Shown here: in pieces, positions 28,896-37,291 of the stretch
How positions within the stretch are numbered: the stretch's first letter is position 1
How the letters are laid out: each line of letters begins with the position of its first letter
Assembly (NCBI GenBank): GCA_949299335.1
Contig: CASGAD010000014.1
Coordinates: forward strand, 66,330-130,329
Direction of reading: 5' to 3'
DNA length: 64,000 nucleotides
DNA from: an uncultured bacterium
GTDB lineage: Bacteria; Bacillota_I; Bacilli_A; RFN20; CAG-826
Notes under the pieces: generated by a model
Databases searched by the model: none
The model's input: the letters and a program-made list of their open reading frames with translations, nothing else
Told to the model about the DNA's origin: nothing
Program-made: the position numbers and the translations under genes

Positions 28896-30035
28896 ATGGG
28901 ACAACTTAATAGAGTTCAAAAGTGCTATCATTGTGGCGCTATATTACAAAGCGAAGATCCAAATAAAGAAGGGTACATTACACCTAATATTTTCAATCAA
29001 TTTCCTGATGGACTCTTACTTTGTAACGATTGTTACAAAAATGAACGTTTTTCAAACGCTCCAAAAGAAGCAACTTTTAATCAAGACTACATAACTTTAT
29101 TAGAAGAAATCAAACGTAAAAATGCCTTAGTTGTTTATACTATTGATTTATTTTCTTTTGAAGGATCCTTCATTAGTAAAATTACAACTTTATTAGATGG
29201 AGTGGATGTATTAGTTGTTGCTAATAAAAAAGACTTACTTCCTAAAGAAGCTAATGATGCTGATTTAAGAGAATATGTTGCTCATAGATTAAGACTCATT
29301 AAATTATCAGTTTTAGATGTTGTTATTACATCGACTGGTAAAATGTCTTATAACATTGAAGAAATGTATAGAAAAATGTTAGAGCATTCAAATAATAGAG
29401 ATATTTATTTTATCGGAGCAAGTATCAGTGGTAAGAGTGCTTTAATTTCTGAATTATTAAAACGTTATCAAAACAACACAAGAGAAATGATTGTTACTCA
29501 TAGTTTTGAAGGAACATCCTTAAGAGGCTTTAGAATTCCTTTAGCTAATGGACATTATTTATTCGAAACTCCAGGTACAGCAATTGATAATACAATGGTT
29601 GGCAAACTTGAAAGAAGACTTCAAAATGTTATTTTACCTAAAAAATCAATTGTTGCTAAAAAATATGTCTTAACAAAAGGCTCATTCTTAATGATTGGCG
29701 GATTAGCTTGTTTAGAAATGGTTGAAGGACCAAAAACACCTATCAAATTATATGCTGCTGATACAATCGATTCTAAAGTTAAGAAAGGAAAAGTCGATAA
29801 AGTCTTTTTATCAAACCTCAAAAAGGGCTCATTAAAGCCAAATAGTGAAAATTTAGTGGACATGAAAGACTTTGATGCATACGATATTGAAGTAAGTGAA
29901 CAAGGAGCTAGAGATATTGGTATTGCTGGATTAGGTTGGGCAGCTTTAAAAGGAAATAATCAAGTCTTTAGAATTTATGTTCCTAGAGGAGTATACGTAT
30001 ACACAACACGTAGTAAGGTAAAAGATGTTAAGTAG
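28896..30035 (+). CDS. yqeH: Ribosome biogenesis GTPase YqeH
   Basis: N-terminal Zn finger CYHC..CNDC, circularly permuted GTPase motifs (NKKD ... GASISGKS). Confidence 0.85.
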   Translation: MGQLNRVQKCYHCGAILQSEDPNKEGYITPNIFNQFPDGLLLCNDCYKNERFSNAPKEATFNQDYITLLEEIKRKNALVVYTIDLFSFEGSFISKITTLLDGVDVLVVANKKDLLPKEANDADLREYVAHRLRLIKLSVLDVVITSTGKMSYNIEEMYRKMLEHSNNRDIYFIGASISGKSALISELLKRYQNNTREMIVTHSFEGTSLRGFRIPLANGHYLFETPGTAIDNTMVGKLERRLQNVILPKKSIVAKKYVLTKGSFLMIGGLACLEMVEGPKTPIKLYAADTIDSKVKKGKVDKVFLSNLKKGSLKPNSENLVDMKDFDAYDIEVSEQGARDIGIAGLGWAALKGNNQVFRIYVPRGVYVYTTRSKVKDVK

Positions 30036-30330
30036 TAAAAATAAAGCAGAGTTAAAAAGAATAGCTCATTCTAATGAATTAGTAAAAATTAATATTGGCA
30101 AAGACTTATTAAGTGATTCATTAATTGAAAGCATTGAAAATTGCTTCTCAACACATGAATTGATTAAAATTTGTTTCTTAAAAAGTGCTTTGGCCTCAAA
30201 AACTAAGCAAGAGTTTATATTAGATTTAATTGATGCGCTAGATTGCGATGTAATTCAAATTATTGGAAATACAGCAATTATCTATCGCGACAACAAAGAA
30301 ATCAAAAATCATATTATTTTAAGTAGATAA
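30025..30330 (+). CDS. yhbY: YhbY/CRM-domain RNA-binding protein (YqeI-like)
   Basis: About 100 aa with a LKRIAH...VKINIGK pattern. Synteny. Confidence 0.75.
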   Translation: MLSSKNKAELKRIAHSNELVKINIGKDLLSDSLIESIENCFSTHELIKICFLKSALASKTKQEFILDLIDALDCDVIQIIGNTAIIYRDNKEIKNHIILSR

Positions 30331-30332
30331 AT

Positions 30333-30974
30333 ATGAATTCTAATACCTTTATTAATGAAAACATTTGCTTAAAAGAAGGAAAAATCATCCTCAGTGATGA
30401 TTTTTTGCTATTTTTAAAGAGCAAAATTACAGATGAGAGGCGATATAGACATTCGTTAAGTGTCGCTTTACTATGTTATGAAGTTGCAATTGCTAATAAA
30501 TTAGAAAATCCATTGCTTTATTACTTTGCTGGAGTAATTCACGATATTGGAAAAAATTTTGATAAAGAAATAGAGGAGAGCATCATCGATAAATATTATC
30601 ATGACTACTTGAATTTTCCAAAATACGCATATCATCAATTTATTGGTGAATACTTAGTAATGCATGATTTAGTTATATTTGAAGATGATTTGCTCAATGC
30701 TGTAAAATATCATTGTACGGGACGAGAAAGGATGTCTCCTTTAGAAAAAATCGTATATGCATGCGATAAAATAGATCCATTAAGAGGATTTGATAGTTCT
30801 AAATTAATAGAAGCGATGAAAAAAGACTATGTAAGTGGATTTAAGACTGTTTTAAAAGCTAATTATGAGTTTTTGCTCTCTAAAACAGCTTCAAGAAACG
30901 ATTTAGATGGCATTTTTAACCCATTAAGTGCAAAATGCTTTAAATATTATCTAGGTATAGAAAGGAAGGAATAG
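30333..30974 (+). CDS. yqeK: HD-domain bis(5'-nucleosyl)-tetraphosphatase YqeK
   Basis: HS..V and HDIGK motifs. Lies immediately upstream of rsfS. Confidence 0.8.
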   Translation: MNSNTFINENICLKEGKIILSDDFLLFLKSKITDERRYRHSLSVALLCYEVAIANKLENPLLYYFAGVIHDIGKNFDKEIEESIIDKYYHDYLNFPKYAYHQFIGEYLVMHDLVIFEDDLLNAVKYHCTGRERMSPLEKIVYACDKIDPLRGFDSSKLIEAMKKDYVSGFKTVLKANYEFLLSKTASRNDLDGIFNPLSAKCFKYYLGIERKE

Positions 30975-30982
30975 GATCATAA

Positions 30983-31306
30983 ATGTACCCAAGACTCATT
31001 AATCAAATTAAAAAGGCTATTGAAAGTAAAAAAGGTGAAGACATTAAAATTTATAATGTTAAAGACAAAAATCCATTATTTGATTATGTTATCATTTGCA
31101 CAGGCTTAAATGAGAAAAACATGGATGCAATTACTTCAAATATTGAAGACACTTTGGAAGAACAATCATTTGAAGTAAAAAGTATTGAAGGCTTAGGATC
31201 AAGTGATTGGATTCTAGTTGATTGCTATGATGCAATTGTTCATATTATGTCTCAAAGCTATCGTGAGCATGTTAAATTAGATGAATTAATTAAAAATAAT
31301 AAATAA
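30983..31306 (+). CDS. rsfS: Ribosomal silencing factor RsfS
   Basis: 107 aa. DYVIICTG...WILVDCYDAIVHIM pattern. Confidence 0.9.
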   Translation: MYPRLINQIKKAIESKKGEDIKIYNVKDKNPLFDYVIICTGLNEKNMDAITSNIEDTLEEQSFEVKSIEGLGSSDWILVDCYDAIVHIMSQSYREHVKLDELIKNNK

Positions 31307-31313
31307 GAACATA

Positions 31314-31376
31314 AAAAACTCTACAAGTTATATTTATTTAATAAATTAAATAGGTAATTGTAGAGTTTTATTTTTT
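31314..31376. terminator. Bidirectional terminator-like hairpin with a long loop
   Basis: 13-bp stem AAAAACTCTACAA (31314-31326) pairs with TTGTAGAGTTTTA (31358-31370), T run at 31371-31376. The 31-nt loop is unusually long. Confidence 0.5.
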
Positions 31377-31421
31377 AAGGGAATTATTTAGTAAAAAGGT
31401 AATTGAAGTTATTTAAAATTA

Positions 31422-31449
31422 ACTTCGTATAATATCTATTATGTAATTT
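31422..31449. other. dif: dif-like Xer recombination site (chromosome dimer resolution)
   Basis: ACTTCGTATAA-TATCTA-TTATGTAATTT has the 11-6-11 layout. It matches the remembered B. subtilis dif at 23/28 positions. It lies in the convergent strand-switch gap. Confidence 0.65.
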
Positions 31450-31529
31450 TTTTGAAAATTATTACGATATAATCAATAATATATTAATAATTAAATAATT
31501 TATATTCTGTTGATAATAAAATTAATAAT

Positions 31530-31567
31530 TACTAATAAACTACTAGTTATTTACTAATTTGATACTA
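31530..31567 (-). repeat. Phased TAGTA array 4 (period 11 bp), four perfect units, starting at the stop of the 183-aa ORF
   Basis: Plus-strand TACTA at 31530, 31541, 31552 and 31563. The 18-mer ATTACTAATAAACTACTA (31528-31545) is identical to 22304-22321. Confidence 0.75.
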
Positions 31568-32116
31568 ACAAGAATATAATTTTGTATAATTATTTTTAAT
31601 TTCATCATATTTAAAGTTTAAATTAATTATATTAGAAATAAAATCTCTATAACAATTTAAGATCTTTAAAACAGTATTTTTATTTAAAAATGCGCACGGT
31701 CTAGCATCTTTAATTTTGCCATTTTCTAACTTAAATAAGTCTTTGTGAACAATCTGAATGTTTTGAATTTGAGCATAATATTCATTATCTAAAGATAAAG
31801 AATGAATTATACCTAAGTTAATACCATCTTCGCCATCAAAATAGCATTCATACTTAGTTTTAATAGGGCAAATAAGGACACTATTTTCGTATTCTCCACT
31901 ACTTTTAATAACCACCACTTTAATTGATTTTGCTTCTTTTTTATCATAGTAGCAATTATAGATTTCACCGATTAAAAAGGCTTTTTTGTCTCTATTAAAC
32001 AAGTAATTAGTTGTATATGATAAGGTGGTATTTGCCCGTTCTAATTGCCTAGTTAAAGCATTATTTTTGTCAGATTTAACAAAATATATGTTTTTTTCTT
32101 TAATTTGACTATCCAT
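31565..32116 (-). CDS. Hypothetical protein, weak PemK/MazF-like pattern
   Basis: Good SD AAGGAGAG. GEIY...KVVVI...VLICPIKTK...AQIQNIQIVHKDLF resembles the toxin pattern GD[IV]Y..RP.VV..v.v.PiT..dQirtvdk.Rl. The similarity is weak. Confidence 0.5.
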   Translation of the reverse strand: MDSQIKEKNIYFVKSDKNNALTRQLERANTTLSYTTNYLFNRDKKAFLIGEIYNCYYDKKEAKSIKVVVIKSSGEYENSVLICPIKTKYECYFDGEDGINLGIIHSLSLDNEYYAQIQNIQIVHKDLFKLENGKIKDARPCAFLNKNTVLKILNCYRDFISNIINLNFKYDEIKNNYTKLYSC

Positions 32117-32164
32117 ATATACTCTCCTTTCAGAAGATATAACAATATGGATTTTGATTTTTTT

Positions 32165-32938
32165 CTATTTTTGCAATTTTCTTTTAATTGGATACAAAAT
32201 TAAATCAATAATAATGAATACGATTATAACTAAAATTACAATCGCGAACATACTAGCATAATCAGAATCGTTTCTATAGACGTATATTAGTCGGCCAATT
32301 CCCCATAATGAGGAAGAATTAAGCAAAATTTCACTCATAATTGATACTTTTATGCCTAAAGCTATAGAATTTGTTGCTCCTAGAAGCAAAAAAGGAAAGG
32401 TTTCAGGTAAAATTACCTTAAAAAATGATTTTGGCTTATAATAGCCTTCTAAACGCAAAGACATTTGAATTGATTCACTTAAATTGTCATGCCCTGCAAT
32501 AAATGATTCATACATAATTGGAAAAATTACTATAAAAGTAACTATAAATGAACCAATCTCAAGATCTTTAAAGAAAAATAAAAAAATTATATAGACCACG
32601 CATGGAGTAGGAACTAATTTCATTAAATTAATTAAAGGAGAAATAAAATATCTAAATCCTTTAAAGTACCCTGCAATCGATCCTAATATAAAAGCTAATA
32701 AAAATGAAGCTATTAAAGAGACGAAAGTTCTTAAAAAAGAATAGCCAAAGGCAGAATATGTCGATACATTTCTTAATGACTCAAATAATGCATTAAATAA
32801 ATGGTTTAAATCAGGGAAAATTAAATTATCATTTATAATTAAAGCAATAATTTCATATAAAATTACAATGAAAAAAATTCCTAATATTTCTAGTAGGAAT
32901 TTTTTATTCTTCTTTATGAATGAGCCAATTCCTTTCAT
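32165..32938 (-). CDS. ABC transporter permease (binding-protein-dependent, NitT/TauT-like)
   Basis: Six TM helices. EAA-like loop LSESIQMSLRLEGYYKPKSFFKVILPETFP. Confidence 0.75.
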   Translation of the reverse strand: MKGIGSFIKKNKKFLLEILGIFFIVILYEIIALIINDNLIFPDLNHLFNALFESLRNVSTYSAFGYSFLRTFVSLIASFLLAFILGSIAGYFKGFRYFISPLINLMKLVPTPCVVYIIFLFFFKDLEIGSFIVTFIVIFPIMYESFIAGHDNLSESIQMSLRLEGYYKPKSFFKVILPETFPFLLLGATNSIALGIKVSIMSEILLNSSSLWGIGRLIYVYRNDSDYASMFAIVILVIIVFIIIDLILYPIKRKLQK

Positions 32939-32955
32939 AAAGTATATTTTATAAT

Positions 32956-33930
32956 TTATTTTGCTAATAAACTATTAAAAGAAGTAATTTCTTCAGTTGT
33001 GAAAGTAACATCGTTTGGAACTATACCAAAACCATTTTTACTTCCATCATTCCCTTGTACCCCTTCTAAAACGCTTGAACTAAAGCCAAAATTAGCAGAA
33101 ATGACGGTATCATCGTTATTATAGGTCTCTAATAACTCAGTTTTAACGGCTCCTGGATTTGATAATGCTTGAGAAATTGAAGCGTTTATTGATTCAAGGA
33201 CGTACTTATAAACTTCACTATTTGAAGAAATATCATTTCTTACAAATAAACCTGCTTGAGGAATATAATCTTTGCTCCAAGTGGTCACTTCTTTAATCTT
33301 AGTTTGTAAATTGATATCTAAAATTTTAATACCTTTTTTTGTTAAATTTGATTTAATTGCGGTAGCGGCTGGTTCAGCAACAACAGCATAATCAACTTGA
33401 GTGCCGTCAATTTTATAATCAGCGGTCATTGTGAGTAATTTATCTTTTAAACTACTAATAGAATCTAAATACACATCACATCCACCTGCATCTTTATAAA
33501 CAGTTTTAAATAGTAAATCTGGAGTGTTATTTTCTTGGAATCCATAAACTACATCATCTTGACTAATAGTTAATGAATCAGCATCACTTTCATCTTTATT
33601 AAAAGCAAATAGATGGAAATTGCCCCCAGTAATCATTTTTACAAACGAATATTTTGCTTCATCACCTTGTTTTTCTAATTTCGCAAGTGCTTTAGCACTA
33701 TCAAAAATAATAAATGGATAATCACCTTTACTTAATTGAGCTGGAATATTGCTTGAATCTGCTAAAACATCTACTTTTCCTTCTTCAATTAACTTATAAG
33801 TGCCTAATGTTGGTGCTCCACTAGGCATTAATAAATATTTGTCATAATCATCAGTTGTTTCTTTACTACATGATGATGCTAATAAAGCAATACATAAAAA
33901 ACTGCTTAATTTTAATAAATTAAATTTCAT
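32956..33930 (-). CDS. ABC transporter substrate-binding lipoprotein
   Basis: Signal peptide with lipobox LLASSC. About 300-aa periplasmic-binding-like domain. Adjacent to the permease. Confidence 0.65.
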   Translation of the reverse strand: MKFNLLKLSSFLCIALLASSCSKETTDDYDKYLLMPSGAPTLGTYKLIEEGKVDVLADSSNIPAQLSKGDYPFIIFDSAKALAKLEKQGDEAKYSFVKMITGGNFHLFAFNKDESDADSLTISQDDVVYGFQENNTPDLLFKTVYKDAGGCDVYLDSISSLKDKLLTMTADYKIDGTQVDYAVVAEPAATAIKSNLTKKGIKILDINLQTKIKEVTTWSKDYIPQAGLFVRNDISSNSEVYKYVLESINASISQALSNPGAVKTELLETYNNDDTVISANFGFSSSVLEGVQGNDGSKNGFGIVPNDVTFTTEEITSFNSLLAK

Positions 33931-33955
33931 TTTTCGCCTTCCTTTAATATTTAAT

Positions 33956-35173
33956 TTAAAAAACTTCTTTGATTACTTTTCCAATCATCTTTTCAGATGG
34001 TTTTAAGTTAAAATTCTCTAAAATTGTTGCGCCAATGTCACCAAATGAGTCTCTATCATCGAGTTTTTGGCCATTAGTGATTGATTTTGAATAAATAATT
34101 AGAGGTACTTTTTCTCTAGTATGATCGGTTCCAGCCCAAGTTGGATCATTGCCATGGTCAGCGGTAATCATTAATAAATCATCATCTTTTAAGTTATTTA
34201 TTAAATCTTTTAACTCTTTATCGAATGTTTCGATTGCCTTACCATAGCCAATTACATTTCTTCTATGACCATATTCACTATCAAATTCAACTAAATTAAC
34301 AAAGCATAAGCCTTCTTTAAAGTCTTTACTTTTAGCGATATCAATAGTTTTGACCATTCCATCAGAATTAGAGCTTGTATGAACTGTTTCGGTAACACCA
34401 ACTCCATTGAATATATCGTTAATTTTTCCAACACAGCTAACTGTGTAGTTATTGGCTTTTAAGATATCCATAGCGGTTTCTCCACTTGGAGAGACTGCAT
34501 AATCGTGTCTATTAGATGTTCTTTTAAAAGTATCACTAGTTTCACCAACATATGGTCTAGCAATAACTCTACCAACAAACCATTCAGGTTTCATACATAA
34601 TTCTCTAGCGATTTCACAATATTTATATAGTTTGTCTAATCCTAAATATTTTTCGTGGCCACAAATTTGTAAAACAGAATCACTACTTGTATAAACAATT
34701 AAACTATCATTCTTAATTTGTTCTTCACCTAATTTACGTAAGATTTCTGTACCACTAGCAGCACAATTTCCAATAACTTTATGTCCAGTTTTTTCTTCTA
34801 AAGCGTCAATTAATTCTTTAGGGAAACCAGTATCAGTGAATGTTTGGAATGGCTTAGTTGTTAAAACTCCCATCATTTCCCAGTGCCCAGTCATAGTATC
34901 TTTCCCATTACTTGCTTCATTTAAGCGTACACAATAACTATTTTTATGATCTAGATTTGATTTAACGCCTTTAAGGTCATCAATATCTCCAATTCCTAAT
35001 GATTCTAATGTAGGAATATATAATGTGCCTGGATAATTATCGCAAATATGTTTAAAAGTATTTGCGCCTTCATCACTAACATCTCCAACTTGATGGAATT
35101 TGTTAGCGTCTTTGGCTTCTCCGATACCTAAACTATCCATTACAATTACAAAAATTCTTGAATATTTTTTCAT
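33956..35173 (-). CDS. deoB: Phosphopentomutase
   Basis: VMDSLGIG, GHWEMMG and TADHGNDP motifs. Start at ATG 35173, 4 nt after SD GAGGAGA. Confidence 0.92.
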   Translation of the reverse strand: MKKYSRIFVIVMDSLGIGEAKDANKFHQVGDVSDEGANTFKHICDNYPGTLYIPTLESLGIGDIDDLKGVKSNLDHKNSYCVRLNEASNGKDTMTGHWEMMGVLTTKPFQTFTDTGFPKELIDALEEKTGHKVIGNCAASGTEILRKLGEEQIKNDSLIVYTSSDSVLQICGHEKYLGLDKLYKYCEIARELCMKPEWFVGRVIARPYVGETSDTFKRTSNRHDYAVSPSGETAMDILKANNYTVSCVGKINDIFNGVGVTETVHTSSNSDGMVKTIDIAKSKDFKEGLCFVNLVEFDSEYGHRRNVIGYGKAIETFDKELKDLINNLKDDDLLMITADHGNDPTWAGTDHTREKVPLIIYSKSITNGQKLDDRDSFGDIGATILENFNLKPSEKMIGKVIKEVF

Positions 35174-35202
35174 AATATCTCCTCGCAACTAATAATTTTA
35201 CC

Positions 35203-36087
35203 TTATTCATCTTTCCAGAACAAATCATACGCCTCTTTTAACTTTTTTTCACTTAAATGTGTGTATATTTGTGTTGTTGAAACTTTTGCGTGTCCTAACA
35301 TTTCCTGGACTGACCTAATTTCTGCCCCATTTTCTAACAAATGAGTAGCAAAAGAATGACGGAGAGTATGTGGATGGATTGATTTTTTAATATTAGCTTT
35401 AGTGGCTAACCTTTTCACAATTAAATAAACCCTTTGTCTAGTAAAATCCTCTCCATGTTCATTAATCATTAATTTTTTTGAATGATTAATATCACGTTTA
35501 TTACGGACATATTTTATGTATTGCTTAATAGCAAATAAAGCTTCTTCTTTAATTGGAATGATCCTTTCAATATCACCCTTTCCAAGAATCTTAACTAGTC
35601 TATCTTCTTCATTAATGTCTTTTAACTTTAAATTAACGAGTTCAGAAACTCTTAATCCACAATAATAGAGTAAATCAATGATTACTTTTTCTTCTAAACC
35701 ATCACTTGTAGTTAAATCAGGAGCATTTAATAATTCTTTAATCTCGTCTTGAGTTAAATAAGTAGGTAATAGTTTTTCCTTTTTTATTCTTTCAACAGGC
35801 CCGCTAATTAAATTATGTTTTATATCTTCTTTTTCTAAAAATATATAAAAATTTTTAATGGTTGATATTCTTCTTTCTATTGAGCTAGCTTTTAATGAGT
35901 CTAATGACATTTTAAAACTAAATTCGATTAGTAAATTCTCATTTAAATCATTTACTTCTTCTAGATAAGGAAAATATTTCAAAAAGCATTTAAAGTCGTC
36001 TTTATAATCAATTAAGGTTATGTTTGATAAACCCTTTTCAAACTGGAGATAATAAAAGTATTTATCCAATGCTTCGTTTAATTTCAT
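35203..36087 (-). CDS. xerD: Tyrosine recombinase, XerC/XerD family
   Basis: RVSEL...HPHTLRHSFATHLLENGAEIRSVQEMLGH...TQIYTH catalytic motifs. 3.8 kb from the dif-like site. The C-versus-D assignment is tentative. Confidence 0.8.
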   Translation of the reverse strand: MKLNEALDKYFYYLQFEKGLSNITLIDYKDDFKCFLKYFPYLEEVNDLNENLLIEFSFKMSLDSLKASSIERRISTIKNFYIFLEKEDIKHNLISGPVERIKKEKLLPTYLTQDEIKELLNAPDLTTSDGLEEKVIIDLLYYCGLRVSELVNLKLKDINEEDRLVKILGKGDIERIIPIKEEALFAIKQYIKYVRNKRDINHSKKLMINEHGEDFTRQRVYLIVKRLATKANIKKSIHPHTLRHSFATHLLENGAEIRSVQEMLGHAKVSTTQIYTHLSEKKLKEAYDLFWKDE

Positions 36088-37286
36088 TTTTTATTATCCT
36101 TTAAGTCACTTAATCTCATAAAGGTTGTTTTTTTGGTTTCTCGATTAAGTTTATTTATTAAAAGTTGAGTTTTATTCTCTTCTTCATGTCTAGAATAGTT
36201 ATCAAAAGTCATTTGAACTTTGATATCGTGCTTAGGAACTAGGTTTTTTAAAGTAAATCCAATTAACCTAATAGTTTCATTTTTAAATGAAGATTCAAAT
36301 AACTTTAGTGCTTCGGCATATATCAAATCTTTTGAATTAGTATAGTCTTTAAATGACTTAGAGACAGTATTTGTTTTAAAACCAGTTTCACAACTAGCAT
36401 CTTTATAGGTTATTTGAATTGTTTTGCATAGCATATCTTCTTTTAAGAAGTTATCTATGACATTATTGACTAATCTAATATAAAATTGCTTGATAACAGT
36501 TTTTTCATTTGTATCATAGTCTAAAGTTCTAGTCATTCCGATTGATTTAGCAAAATCAAAAGAAGATTCGACCTCATCGTTAGAATTTCCTTCTAATTGA
36601 TTAATAATATCGTCTTTAAATTTTCCAAAGAAATTGTAAATTTCTTCATTTTCACTTTTTAAGGAATAATAAAGATCACCGATTGTTTTTATGCCAGCTC
36701 TTTCTAGTTTAGGGGCAGTTTTTTTACCTATGCCAAAGTATTTCGCGACACTTAATGGAAATAATATATCTTTAATGTCTTTTTTTCTTATAACTGTAAT
36801 GCCCATTGGCTTTTTATAATCACTACCCATTTTGGCTAAAAATCGAGTTGGAGCTATACCGATCGAACACTTCAATTTGGTTTCTTGGAACAAACCATCT
36901 TGCATTTTCTTAACAAGTTTAAGGAAATCTTCGTGCTTGAATTTATTATATACGTCTGTAAAATCACAAAAACATTCATCAATCGACATTTGTTCAATTT
37001 TTAATGTGTATTTTCTAATGTAATTAATGAATTCTTTAGACATTAACTCGTAATAACGATAATCCCCCTTACATATTATTAAGTCTTTACAAAGCATTTT
37101 TGCTTGAAAAGTAGGCATTCCAGAATGTATACCATATTCTCTAGCTTTATAGGAGCAAGTTGAAATTATACCTCTTCGTCCTTCACCTCCAACGGCAACT
37201 GGTTTTCCAATTAATTGAGGATTTTTAATTTCTTCGCATCTTACAAAGAATTGATTTAAGTCGATATGTAGGATTATCTTTGCCAT
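36084..37286 (-). CDS. dinB: DNA polymerase IV (Y-family)
   Basis: HIDLNQFF, SIDECF and a HhH region GIGKKTAPKL. No SD in front of the ATG. Confidence 0.88.
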   Translation of the reverse strand: MAKIILHIDLNQFFVRCEEIKNPQLIGKPVAVGGEGRRGIISTCSYKAREYGIHSGMPTFQAKMLCKDLIICKGDYRYYELMSKEFINYIRKYTLKIEQMSIDECFCDFTDVYNKFKHEDFLKLVKKMQDGLFQETKLKCSIGIAPTRFLAKMGSDYKKPMGITVIRKKDIKDILFPLSVAKYFGIGKKTAPKLERAGIKTIGDLYYSLKSENEEIYNFFGKFKDDIINQLEGNSNDEVESSFDFAKSIGMTRTLDYDTNEKTVIKQFYIRLVNNVIDNFLKEDMLCKTIQITYKDASCETGFKTNTVSKSFKDYTNSKDLIYAEALKLFESSFKNETIRLIGFTLKNLVPKHDIKVQMTFDNYSRHEEENKTQLLINKLNRETKKTTFMRLSDLKDNKK

Positions 37287-37291
37287 ATTTA

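Noticed and set aside
31403-31433. Promoter-like TTGAAG-19 nt-TATAAT on the + strand in the terminus gap.
   Set aside because: The TATAA is part of the left arm of the dif-like site. The 19-nt spacer is too long, and no + strand gene follows.
31307-32164. Possibility that the 183-aa ORF is the cargo of an Xer-integrated element (IMEX) flanked by two dif sites.
   Set aside because: I found no second dif-like sequence (TTATGTAA core) in 32117-32164 or elsewhere around the ORF. Only the proximity to dif is real.
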